DNA from: Promethearchaeota archaeon | GTDB lineage: Archaea > Asgardarchaeota > Lokiarchaeia > Sigyniarchaeales > SOKP01 | DNA: 64,000 nucleotides | Assembly: GCA_048938445.1 (NCBI GenBank) | Contig: JBHLME010000003.1 | Span: 15,824 to 79,823 of the forward strand | Reading direction: 5' to 3' | Shown: one piece after another, positions 41,786-50,202 of the stretch | Numbering within the stretch: position 1 is the stretch's first letter | Layout of the letters: every line of letters begins with the position of its first letter | Notes under the pieces: model-generated | The model's input: only the letters and a program-made list of their open reading frames with translations | The model's database searches: none | What the model was told of the DNA's origin: nothing | Position numbers and translations under genes: made by a program

Positions 41786-42334
41786 TTAAGATATGGATCC
41801 TATCTTATCACTAAATATCTCTTTTTTCATCTTTTTAATATGTTCCTTGAGTTCTCGCTCGGTCATTTTCAGTGTATTTTTGATAGAACCATTTTTTTCG
41901 ATTAAATTCTTAATTTTTTGAGCAAATCGTCCCATTTGTAAATTAATAACACCAATATTTACTTCTTTATCAGACAAGAGAACAATTAGTATCTCTCTCT
42001 TGCCCTTTCTACTGAGTGAAACCGTTCCTATTGATTTCACATATAGCATCATGTTATTATAAATGATTGTGGCTCGCTCTAATGCTTCTGCCTCAAAAAA
42101 GTCTTGACCTTGCCGTGCCACGCCATAAAGTGCAGCACCTATGGAGCTCAAATCCCAGTAATTCAACTTTTTGTCAAACCGAGAATCAACGGCTATTAGT
42201 TTTGCGTCTTGATCGATGGCAATGAGACCGTAAATGTAACCTCTCCTGGTAAGTTTTCCATATTGCATTTTGATGTCATCTAACACACCTGTAATCTCAT
42301 TTTTATACAATATTTTTGGTATACTATTTATCAT
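41786..42334 (-). CDS. MglB-like roadblock/LC7 protein
   Basis: LIAIDQDAKLIA...LSSIGAALYG...ILIVLLSDKEVNIGVI; directly upstream of the MglA-like gene. Confidence 0.75.
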   Translation of the reverse strand: MINSIPKILYKNEITGVLDDIKMQYGKLTRRGYIYGLIAIDQDAKLIAVDSRFDKKLNYWDLSSIGAALYGVARQGQDFFEAEALERATIIYNNMMLYVKSIGTVSLSRKGKREILIVLLSDKEVNIGVINLQMGRFAQKIKNLIEKNGSIKNTLKMTERELKEHIKKMKKEIFSDKIGSIS

Positions 42335-42385
42335 TAACTGATAAACCTCATTTTTAATATTATTGAAATAAAGATATAATAGAAC

Positions 42386-42401
42386 TATTTAAAGAAAAAA
42401 A
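42386..42401 (-). promoter_or_regulatory. T-rich-BRE TATA promoter
   Basis: Minus strand TTTTTTT-C-TTTAAATA-GTTCT; the 13-mer AGAACTATTTAAA is identical to 36755-36767. Confidence 0.6.
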
Positions 42402-42463
42402 CAATATGGTTTTTTAAAATAGATTTAAGTTACATAAAAAAATGAAATTAAAACTATCTTCAA

Positions 42464-43441
42464 TTATAGTTTTTTTAATATAGATTTTTTAGTAAGATGA
42501 ACCTGTTTAGTTCTCGTGTATGAATTTTCTTTGATAATTACATTAGATAACATTATTTCATCACCATCAATCATCTGCTTTAAACAATTAACAGCATCCA
42601 TACCCCACGCAATTACTTGAATGCTATCACTGTCATCACTCAAGTAAAACCTCAATAAAAAAGTTTTTTCACCATTTTTCGAAATTTTTTCTAAAAATTC
42701 TTCAATATGAACGATACCAGAGATATTTGTTATAAAACCATCCTTTTCAAGCGCCACAGAAATTTTAATAGGATTTAAATCTAAAATTGAAGATTTCATA
42801 TATTCTCTAAATAATTTAGGAATTTTTTTATTCACATCTTCTTCAAGAGGTGCTAAAATGATTTTTCCTTTCTTGCCTAAATGGACTTCCAATTGATCCT
42901 TAATCCCCATCTTAGAATATCCCCCAATGATTCTCACAATCTCATTAAACATAAAATAATCATTCTTCATCACGTCAACTTGAGAGTCCCAAAGCACGAT
43001 CTTGATGCTTCCAGAACCATCATTAATGGTAAAAGACCCTACAATTCCTTTGGTACCATCTTTCCTTGTAAATTCTCTAATTGGATAAATTCTTTCAATC
43101 CTCCCAATGATTACGATACTGCTCATTCCATCTTCAACTAGGGAGATATCGATTGTAAAATCATCATAGTCAAAATCCTCTTCCATAAAATCAATGTCTT
43201 CTAGATTATTATTAGTACCCCTAATGTTCACACCCATTTCCTTAGCTATGACAAAAAGAATGGCTTCATTCGACATGAAGCCACCTAAAATTTGGGCTTT
43301 TTTATTAATCTGATGCTCAATTTCTGACTCGGTCATTCCAGCATTAATAAGTGCTTGATATAAATCATCAACATCCGGAATCATTGAAAAACAACTAATT
43401 TTGATTAATTCCGAGAATATTTCTCGTTCTATGAAAAGCAT
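42464..43441 (-). CDS. Replication protein A / SSB (two OB folds)
   Basis: GGFMSNEAILFVIAKEMGV N-domain; REFTRKDGTKG.V, DGSGSIKIVLWD, SDDSDSIQVIAW; the real start may be MIPDVD. Confidence 0.9.
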   Translation of the reverse strand: MLFIEREIFSELIKISCFSMIPDVDDLYQALINAGMTESEIEHQINKKAQILGGFMSNEAILFVIAKEMGVNIRGTNNNLEDIDFMEEDFDYDDFTIDISLVEDGMSSIVIIGRIERIYPIREFTRKDGTKGIVGSFTINDGSGSIKIVLWDSQVDVMKNDYFMFNEIVRIIGGYSKMGIKDQLEVHLGKKGKIILAPLEEDVNKKIPKLFREYMKSSILDLNPIKISVALEKDGFITNISGIVHIEEFLEKISKNGEKTFLLRFYLSDDSDSIQVIAWGMDAVNCLKQMIDGDEIMLSNVIIKENSYTRTKQVHLTKKSILKKL

Positions 43442-43985
43442 ATGCTGAGCAATTGCATAATGCTCTCAAGTTTTTCTGGATTAATCTTTCATTTTTATCA
43501 ATGTTTTTATCGTTCATGTCAGTAACAAAAATCACGACACATATCTGAGTGCTCATTTTAGGCCAAAATACTTTTTTTCTTAATTTTTTTAATAAAATTC
43601 GTAGGTTCGTGCGTGCTCTCTCATAATCAAACACGGGAGCAAGCCGATGGATTTTATGCAGATAACATCGCACTTTTCTCTCGAGCTTTTTAGGTTCAGG
43701 CTCCCAGATCATCGTGTAACTCCTATAAAACTCATTTATTAGATTCAAATCAAAAAGAAACCTCTCAATTATAGATTTAACGGTCTCAATGTTAACACCG
43801 GTATATAGGGACAGTTCAAGATAACACTGATCAGATACCTCTTTTAGTAACATAGTATCCTGGCTAATAGGGAAGTTTCGCAAGAGCAAGCTTAATACCA
43901 AGGTTTTAATTTTCCTTGATGCATATCTGGAGTAATTATTTAGAACCAATGGTGTTATTTCTTTAATTTCTATAATCGCTTTCAT
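43395..43985 (-). CDS. Hypothetical protein with a possible cyclin/TFIIB-like C-terminal repeat
   Basis: ICVVIFV...LIQKNLRALCNCSAYAFHRTRNILG resembles the TFB second-repeat HTH. Confidence 0.55.
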   Translation of the reverse strand: MKAIIEIKEITPLVLNNYSRYASRKIKTLVLSLLLRNFPISQDTMLLKEVSDQCYLELSLYTGVNIETVKSIIERFLFDLNLINEFYRSYTMIWEPEPKKLERKVRCYLHKIHRLAPVFDYERARTNLRILLKKLRKKVFWPKMSTQICVVIFVTDMNDKNIDKNERLIQKNLRALCNCSAYAFHRTRNILGINQN

Positions 43986-44062
43986 CTTATTTTTCCTTTT
44001 TATAACGGTTTTGCTTGATTAATCGATAAAAACTATAATTCTAATTTTCTTTATCTTGGTTA

Positions 44063-44077
44063 TTTATAAATAAAAAA
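44063..44077 (-). promoter_or_regulatory. T-rich-BRE TATA promoter
   Basis: Minus strand TTTTTT-A-TTTATAAA about 77 nt before 43985. Confidence 0.45.
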
Positions 44078-44136
44078 TATTTTAGGTTTGTTCTGACATA
44101 ATTTGAGAATGTAAATATAACTAAGAAATAGTGGAT

Positions 44137-44715
44137 TTAAGTAGTAATTTCTATATTTTGAATAATTTTAAAAATTTCCTTCCAATTATAAACTCTAATC
44201 ACGTTATGTTCGCATGTTGAATCTTGATTCCACGGTTGGTTAAATAATAATAAAAACCTATCCTTTAGTTTTTTTATTGGTTCTACCAAGTTAGGATTAT
44301 CATCAACATAAACATGATATTCATATGTTAATTTCACATCATAAGGAGTTTCTGGTACGACAATCATCTCCTTATAATGAATATCTTTCTTTAAATCATG
44401 CAATTCTAGCTGTTTTTCTAAAGAATTCCTACATTTTGAATCTAATGCTGATAGAATATGCACTTCATGCATTTTATTTAGTTTTTCCATGTAAATAAGA
44501 GCATCATCATCAATAAAAGGAATTTCCTCTGGATGTTCCATAGTTTTATAAAAAAATGTGATAAATTCTTCAGCAGTTAAATTTAATTCTTCATAAAAGT
44601 CCCATCGTTTAATATCTTCTTTAACATGCTGAGTTTTAAATGTTTCATTGTAAATTTTAATAAATATTTCTATATTATCTAACAATACGCCAACTACATC
44701 AATAGCTATTTTCAT
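44137..44715 (-). CDS. 5'(3')-deoxyribonucleotidase (NT5C-like HAD)
   Basis: IAIDVVGVL, YVDDNP, FNQPWN, RVYNWKEI. Confidence 0.85.
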   Translation of the reverse strand: MKIAIDVVGVLLDNIEIFIKIYNETFKTQHVKEDIKRWDFYEELNLTAEEFITFFYKTMEHPEEIPFIDDDALIYMEKLNKMHEVHILSALDSKCRNSLEKQLELHDLKKDIHYKEMIVVPETPYDVKLTYEYHVYVDDNPNLVEPIKKLKDRFLLLFNQPWNQDSTCEHNVIRVYNWKEIFKIIQNIEITT

Positions 44716-44842
44716 AGTAATTTAGATTCACATGTGATTTTTTTAAAGATTCAAAAGATCCTATAACATTAAAATATGTTGATTATAGAATAATTTTTAT
44801 TTTTTTTATAATAACATCCCCAAATTTCAATTCTCTCCTTAA

Positions 44843-44858
44843 TTTTTTCCTTTAAATA
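44843..44858 (+). promoter_or_regulatory. T-rich-BRE TATA promoter
   Basis: TTTTTT-CC-TTTAAATA about 49 nt before 44907; divergent intergenic region. Confidence 0.6.
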
Positions 44859-44906
44859 TTCTCACGGTATATATTGTTTTAAAAATGATTTATTCCGTGA
44901 TAAATA

Positions 44907-45224
44907 GTGAAAAAATTAGTAGAAATTGGGACATGTCCAAAATGTCAATGCTCAATCTATATTTATAAAACTAATCAACACAAGCGATTTGCTAAGTGTG
45001 AAGGTTGTGAAACATCATATCCCCTTCCTAAAAGGGGCTCATTGAGCATTTCTGCATTAATTTGCCCTCTAAGATCCTTTCCTATACTAATCGTGGACAA
45101 GCAAGGTAATACGTCCTATTTTTGGGCAGATCAACCGTGCTTTAGTTGCATAAACTATGATAATTGTAAACCTGTAAATGAGTTAATTGAAGAATTCATC
45201 GAGTTAGAGGTGCATAGATATTAA
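44907..45224 (+). CDS. Zn-ribbon protein (topoisomerase C4-finger-like)
   Basis: GTCPKC...KRFAKCEGCETSYPLP, then CP...CFSC...C. Confidence 0.72.
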   Translation: MKKLVEIGTCPKCQCSIYIYKTNQHKRFAKCEGCETSYPLPKRGSLSISALICPLRSFPILIVDKQGNTSYFWADQPCFSCINYDNCKPVNELIEEFIELEVHRY

Positions 45225-46230
45225 GAAAAATATCCAAAGATTAGCAATTATTTTTATGTTATTTAGTTTGATTGTCTTTATTTCCTGTTTTAACAAACAA
45301 GATATAACTCCAGAGGGTAAAACCACTGAAATACCACAGATTCAAGAACCCAAGACGAGTGATGTAATTCTCATTGATAAGGTCTATAACTTCACCACGT
45401 GGCGTCCCTGGAAGATGCTTGAAGACATTTCCTTCACGGCAGAATACAACCATTATGTGTATTTTCAAATAGTAACACCCTATGTATGCGCCATCACAGT
45501 GACCATCTTCGATCCCGAGGGCAGTGTCTATGATGTGTATTATCGTGGTGAATTCAGCCAAGAATCGGGAATGCTTTCTTTTCCTTTCGGAGCCGCGATT
45601 ACGGGACCACACGACATCTTGTTCGAATTAGAACTTGAATACAACTTGAACATATATATCAAGATAGAGCAAGCAGCTAAATGCTTATATGACGTGCTTT
45701 CGCAAAGGGAAATTCAAAATCTCAAGCAATATGGCGTTGCCAAGTTTGAAAATTATCCCCCTCTCCTGAAAAACGTGATAATCGAGTCTGACGTGGCTTA
45801 CACGCTTTATTTTACACGAGTCACCCCGATTACCGTGAAACTACCAAACAACGTGCGATATAATTATTCATTGAAAGATACCGACCAAGACATCCTCTTT
45901 GAAATAAATTGGCAAGATGATCCCCTTGCACCCATAGGAAGCGTGACAGAATATTCGTTCGGAACAGCACACGGAGGACCTTATGTTACCAACTTGACCA
46001 TTGATTATGTATTCAATCCCGTGAACATCGCATTCGCAATCGTGTATGACCACAAGATTAGCGGAGAGATTGATGGGAATGCCACGGACCCGGGAGGAAC
46101 TGAAGGATCCAACCTAAACTTTTCAATACCCGTGGAACTTGCAACGGGAACGATAATTGGAATTGGAGCATTAACTTTCATTGCTTTAGGTGTAGTCATT
46201 AGTAAACGCAGGGAGTTAAATTCTCCTTAA
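45220..46230 (+). CDS. Secreted, C-terminally anchored surface protein
   Basis: Signal peptide (KKNIQR-LAIIFMLFSLIVF, ATT start 7 nt after GAGGTG; first ATG at 45256); two internal repeats (FPFGAAITG / YSFGTAHGG); C-terminal TM followed by KRR. Confidence 0.78.
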   Translation: MKKNIQRLAIIFMLFSLIVFISCFNKQDITPEGKTTEIPQIQEPKTSDVILIDKVYNFTTWRPWKMLEDISFTAEYNHYVYFQIVTPYVCAITVTIFDPEGSVYDVYYRGEFSQESGMLSFPFGAAITGPHDILFELELEYNLNIYIKIEQAAKCLYDVLSQREIQNLKQYGVAKFENYPPLLKNVIIESDVAYTLYFTRVTPITVKLPNNVRYNYSLKDTDQDILFEINWQDDPLAPIGSVTEYSFGTAHGGPYVTNLTIDYVFNPVNIAFAIVYDHKISGEIDGNATDPGGTEGSNLNFSIPVELATGTIIGIGALTFIALGVVISKRRELNSP

Positions 46231-46345
46231 TTTTTTTTTTAAAAAACAGTATTTATTTTAAAAACTCTATAATAAATTGAAAAATATTATTCAAATCACT
46301 ATCTTGATTATAGATTCTAATATTTACTTGTTAGTATTAATATTT

Positions 46346-46567
46346 TTAATAATATAATAAATATGAAAATTTCAAGAGGTCAAACTTCTCAATCATGCAC
46401 TCATTATATGAAAACATCTTTCCTAAAGAAGCAATGGGTGTCTTTAAAACATATTTACAATCTGGAAAATAGATATTTGTATAAAAAATCTTATTTTTCT
46501 TGTCATAATCTACATGCATCATTATTTCGCTTTTCTCTGAATCTTCTTCAATAATATCAGTAAACAT
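46346..46567 (-). CDS. Short hypothetical ORF or gene remnant
   Basis: 73-aa ORF with a GGGGA upstream; no motif. Confidence 0.3.
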   Translation of the reverse strand: MFTDIIEEDSEKSEIMMHVDYDKKNKIFYTNIYFPDCKYVLKTPIASLGKMFSYNECMIEKFDLLKFSYLLYY

Positions 46568-47011
46568 CGTTAATAATCCCCTTTTTTCTCCAATTATTTT
46601 TTTATGTCTATTTCTAATATTGTTAGACTAAAACGTATTTTTAAACGTGGTTAATTACTTTTATTGCTAAAATTGATTTTAATTTAACAGGAAAGTTCTC
46701 AATTATATAAAAAAAGAGAATATTTAATTTAAATCTCAGATTGGATTATACACTTTTTTATTATACTTTATAGATATTATAGTTTGGGAAAAATTATCTT
46801 TCTCAATAATTAAATGAATAATAAAAAGTATACTTTTTTGTATAAAAGGTGAGTGATTATTAAAAAAAATTCTTTCTTTTTCCTTTTTTATTATCATTCT
46901 TCAGAAAAAATATCAAAGGTAGATTGTAAAATTTCATTCCTAATAGTTTTAAATATGACCTTGCATACTCGTTTTTAAATACAATAATTTTGAAATAAGA
47001 GGTGTGAAATC

Positions 47012-48391
47012 ATAAAAAATAATTTAAAAAAGCGAGTTTTGATCATTTTTGGAGTGGTATTCGTCCTGTTTAGTTTCCCTTTCCTCAGCAGCAATTTTAA
47101 TTATAAGATTGTTAGCATCGATTTTAATAAAGAAGTGAATACATCTTCAACTCCTTCAGTTGATTGGTATTATACATGGGGGGGAAGTGGAGATGATGAG
47201 GGGGAAGGAATAACCGTGGACTCGTCTGATAATATTTATATTGTAGGATCCACGGAGAGTTTTGGAGCTAGTAATAAAGATATTTGCTTCATGAAATTCA
47301 ATCCAATAGGAAGCGTGGTGTGGAATTACACGTGGGGAGAACTTCATTCTGATAGAGGGTTTGATATAGCTGTAGATGATTCTGGCGATTTATATATTGC
47401 TGGAAAAACCTATAATTTTGGAGCAGGATATGGAGATATGTGCCTCGTAAAATTCAACTCTACTGGTGGCTTTGAGTGGTATCATACTTGGGGGGGAGGT
47501 GATGGTGATGGAGGATATGGAATAGCCTTGGATGCGGCGGGTAACGCCTATGTGTGTGGATCAACCCATAGTTTTGGAGCATATAATGGAGATATTTGCC
47601 TCGTGAAATTCAATTCTACAGGCGTCGAATGGAATTACACGTGGGGTGGAGCGGGAATGGATATAGGGTATGGAGTTGCCTTGGATGCTGCTGGAAACGC
47701 ATATGTAGTCGGAGAAACGGATAGTTTTGGTGCTGGTTATACAGACGTGTGCCTGATCAAGTTCAACTCCACGGGAGTGGTATGGAATTACACGTGGGGT
47801 GGTGGATATTATGATTGGGGATATGGAGTGGATGTGGATGTGGCAGGAAATGCTTATGTTACTGGAAGGACTTATACAGATAGCGTTGGTGGCACTGACG
47901 TGTGCTTGATCAAGTTTAATGATGCAGGGGTGGTTGATTATTACACATGGGGGGGAAGCGAATGGGAAGGAGGATATGATATAGTTCTGGATGCGGAAGA
48001 CAACGCATATATTGTGGGAGATACTAATAGTTTCGGAGCTAAATTTTATGATATCATCTTGGTGAAGTTCAACCCAATGGGAACGGTTGAATGGTATTAT
48101 ATGTGGGGTGGAGACGGATGGGATACGGGGTATGGTGTAGCTTTGGATTCGATGGGAAACCCCTATGTTGTGGGATACACGGAAAGGTTTAGAGGAGGTG
48201 ATTATGAAATATGCTTACTGAAATTCGTAGAGATTACGCCTGATGGCTCTCAAGGTCCAGATCCCCTATTATTCTTAATATTAGGAGGGATCATAGGAGG
48301 TGTCGCAGGTGGGTCGGGAATTGTTGCGATTTGGGTATTAGGAATAGTCCGACCCAGAAGGAAGAGAGCTCGTGCCGTTCATGCAAATTGA
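47012..48391 (+). CDS. SBBP-type beta-propeller surface protein
   Basis: Seven ~50-aa repeats W.YTWGG...D.G.GIA.D..GNAYVVG.T.SFGA...D..LVKF; signal peptide; Gly-rich TM + RPRRKR; ATA start inferred from the paralog. Confidence 0.9.
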   Translation: MKNNLKKRVLIIFGVVFVLFSFPFLSSNFNYKIVSIDFNKEVNTSSTPSVDWYYTWGGSGDDEGEGITVDSSDNIYIVGSTESFGASNKDICFMKFNPIGSVVWNYTWGELHSDRGFDIAVDDSGDLYIAGKTYNFGAGYGDMCLVKFNSTGGFEWYHTWGGGDGDGGYGIALDAAGNAYVCGSTHSFGAYNGDICLVKFNSTGVEWNYTWGGAGMDIGYGVALDAAGNAYVVGETDSFGAGYTDVCLIKFNSTGVVWNYTWGGGYYDWGYGVDVDVAGNAYVTGRTYTDSVGGTDVCLIKFNDAGVVDYYTWGGSEWEGGYDIVLDAEDNAYIVGDTNSFGAKFYDIILVKFNPMGTVEWYYMWGGDGWDTGYGVALDSMGNPYVVGYTERFRGGDYEICLLKFVEITPDGSQGPDPLLFLILGGIIGGVAGGSGIVAIWVLGIVRPRRKRARAVHAN

Positions 48392-48666
48392 TTCAGTAGA
48401 TATCACACTGAAGTCTTGAAGGACGGTGTTTTGATCATCAAAGCTAAATGCATTTAATAAAGTCCTATAAAGAATCAAATTAGCACCATAATTATTTATT
48501 TTTTCCTTTACCTTAATAAAAAAGGTAGTAAGACTTGTTGAGCGAATAATATCTCCAAAAGGAGTATCAATGGTAAAATGTAAAATTTCATTCCTAATAG
48601 TTTTATATATGACCTTGTATGCTCGTTTTTTAAGTTCATTAATTTATAAAAAAGAGATGAGAAATC

Positions 48667-50058
48667 ATGAAAAGACAAACAAAAAAGCAGGTTTGGACCA
48701 TTTTTGGATTGATATTTGTCATATTTAGCTGTCCTTTTCTCATTAATAATAATCGCAATATTAAGGTGAATGATATTAATCTTAATAAAGCCATCAGTAC
48801 ATCTTCAACTCCTACAGTTCAATGGTTTCATATATGGGGTGGAGATGGAGATGAAATTGGGGAGAATGTGGCCGTGGACTTGTTTGGCAATGTATATGTT
48901 GCAGGACACACGGATAGTTTTGGAGCGGGTAATACTGACATGTTTCTAGTGAAATTCAATCCATTAGGATATTTAGAATGGAATCGCACGTGGGGGGGAA
49001 GTGGAAATGATTTTGGGATTGATATAGCAATTGGTGCGTCAAGCAGCGTCTATGTTGCTGGAAGTACGGAGAGTTTTGGAGCAGGTAATACTGATATGTT
49101 TCTAGTGAAATTCAATCCATTGGGTGATATAGAATGGAATCACACGTGGGGGGGAAGTGGAGATGATGGAGGGTATGGAATGACTATTGACGCATCGGAA
49201 AATTTATATGTTACCGGTCTCAAGGAGAGTTTTGGAGCCAATGGATATGACATGTGCTTGGTGAAATTCAATCCAGCAGGAGGCGTGGTGTGGAATCACA
49301 CGTGGGGGGGAAGAGGAATAGATATGGGAATTGATGTAGCCGTGGATACGTCAGGTAATGCCTATGTTGTGGGAACGACGACTAGTTTTGGAGCGGGTTA
49401 TGATGACATTTGTTTGGTGAAATTTAATCCAATGGGAGGTGTTGTGTGGAATTACACGTGGGGTGGAGGGGGATATGATTATGGGTATGGAATTGCCTTG
49501 GATTCATCTGGCAAAGCCTATGTTGCGGGACACACGACGAGTTTTGGAGCTGGTAGTACTGACATATGTCTGGTGAAATTCAATCCATTAGGAGATATAG
49601 AATGGAATCGAACGTGGGGTGGAGATAGAAACGATGATGGATATGATATAGTACTGGACACGTCGGGCGACGTTTGTATTACTGGATCCACGAATAGTTT
49701 TGGACTGACACATCCCGATATGTGCTTGGTGAAATTTAATTCAATAGGAGTGGAATGGAATCACACGTGGGGGGGAAATGAAAGTGAGAGGGGACATGGA
49801 GTAGCCTTGGACTTGTTTGGCAACGCTTATGTTTGTGGATACACGACAAGTTTTGGAGCGAGTAATGATGATATGTTCTTGGTAAAATTCATAGGGATTA
49901 CATCTGAGGATAGTAATCAGGTTCCAGATCCCTTGTTATTCATAATAATAGGGAGCATTATAGGAGGTATCGCGGGTGGTTCGGGAATTATAGCAATAGT
50001 GATAGTAGGAATAGTCAGACCCAGAAGGAAGAGAGCTCGTGCTAGTCTTGCGACTTGA
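48667..50058 (+). CDS. SBBP-type beta-propeller surface protein (paralog)
   Basis: Same seven repeats and same C-terminal anchor as 47012..48391. Confidence 0.9.
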   Translation: MKRQTKKQVWTIFGLIFVIFSCPFLINNNRNIKVNDINLNKAISTSSTPTVQWFHIWGGDGDEIGENVAVDLFGNVYVAGHTDSFGAGNTDMFLVKFNPLGYLEWNRTWGGSGNDFGIDIAIGASSSVYVAGSTESFGAGNTDMFLVKFNPLGDIEWNHTWGGSGDDGGYGMTIDASENLYVTGLKESFGANGYDMCLVKFNPAGGVVWNHTWGGRGIDMGIDVAVDTSGNAYVVGTTTSFGAGYDDICLVKFNPMGGVVWNYTWGGGGYDYGYGIALDSSGKAYVAGHTTSFGAGSTDICLVKFNPLGDIEWNRTWGGDRNDDGYDIVLDTSGDVCITGSTNSFGLTHPDMCLVKFNSIGVEWNHTWGGNESERGHGVALDLFGNAYVCGYTTSFGASNDDMFLVKFIGITSEDSNQVPDPLLFIIIGSIIGGIAGGSGIIAIVIVGIVRPRRKRARASLAT

Positions 50059-50202
50059 TTCAAGATGTATCACGCTGAAGGTTTGAAGGACGGTAATTGA
50101 ACCGTCGAAGCTAAATGCGTTTCATGATGGCTTTTAAAAATTCAAATTCCTTCCAAATCTAATACTTTTTTTCTCTAACTTGAAATAAAAAGGAATAAAA
50201 AA

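Larger units (their letters stand above)
46911..50125 (+). repeat. Tandem duplication of promoter + beta-propeller gene + 3' flank
   Basis: 46925-46978 is nearly identical to 48579-48632 (TGTAAAATTTCATTCCTAATAGTTTTA.ATATGACCTTG); 48392-48457 is similar to 50059-50125. Confidence 0.85.

Noticed and set aside
47150-49900. Regularly spaced DNA repeats considered as a CRISPR array or DGR template
   Set aside because: They are degenerate ~150-nt coding repeats of propeller blades; there is no cas gene or reverse transcriptase.
50075-50115. Hairpin with TGAA...GA flanks after a TGA stop, considered as a SECIS / selenocysteine readthrough signal
   Set aside because: The stem is only about 6 bp, the 3' GA is not kept in the paralogous copy, and the TGA follows a membrane anchor with no Cys-equivalent redox context.
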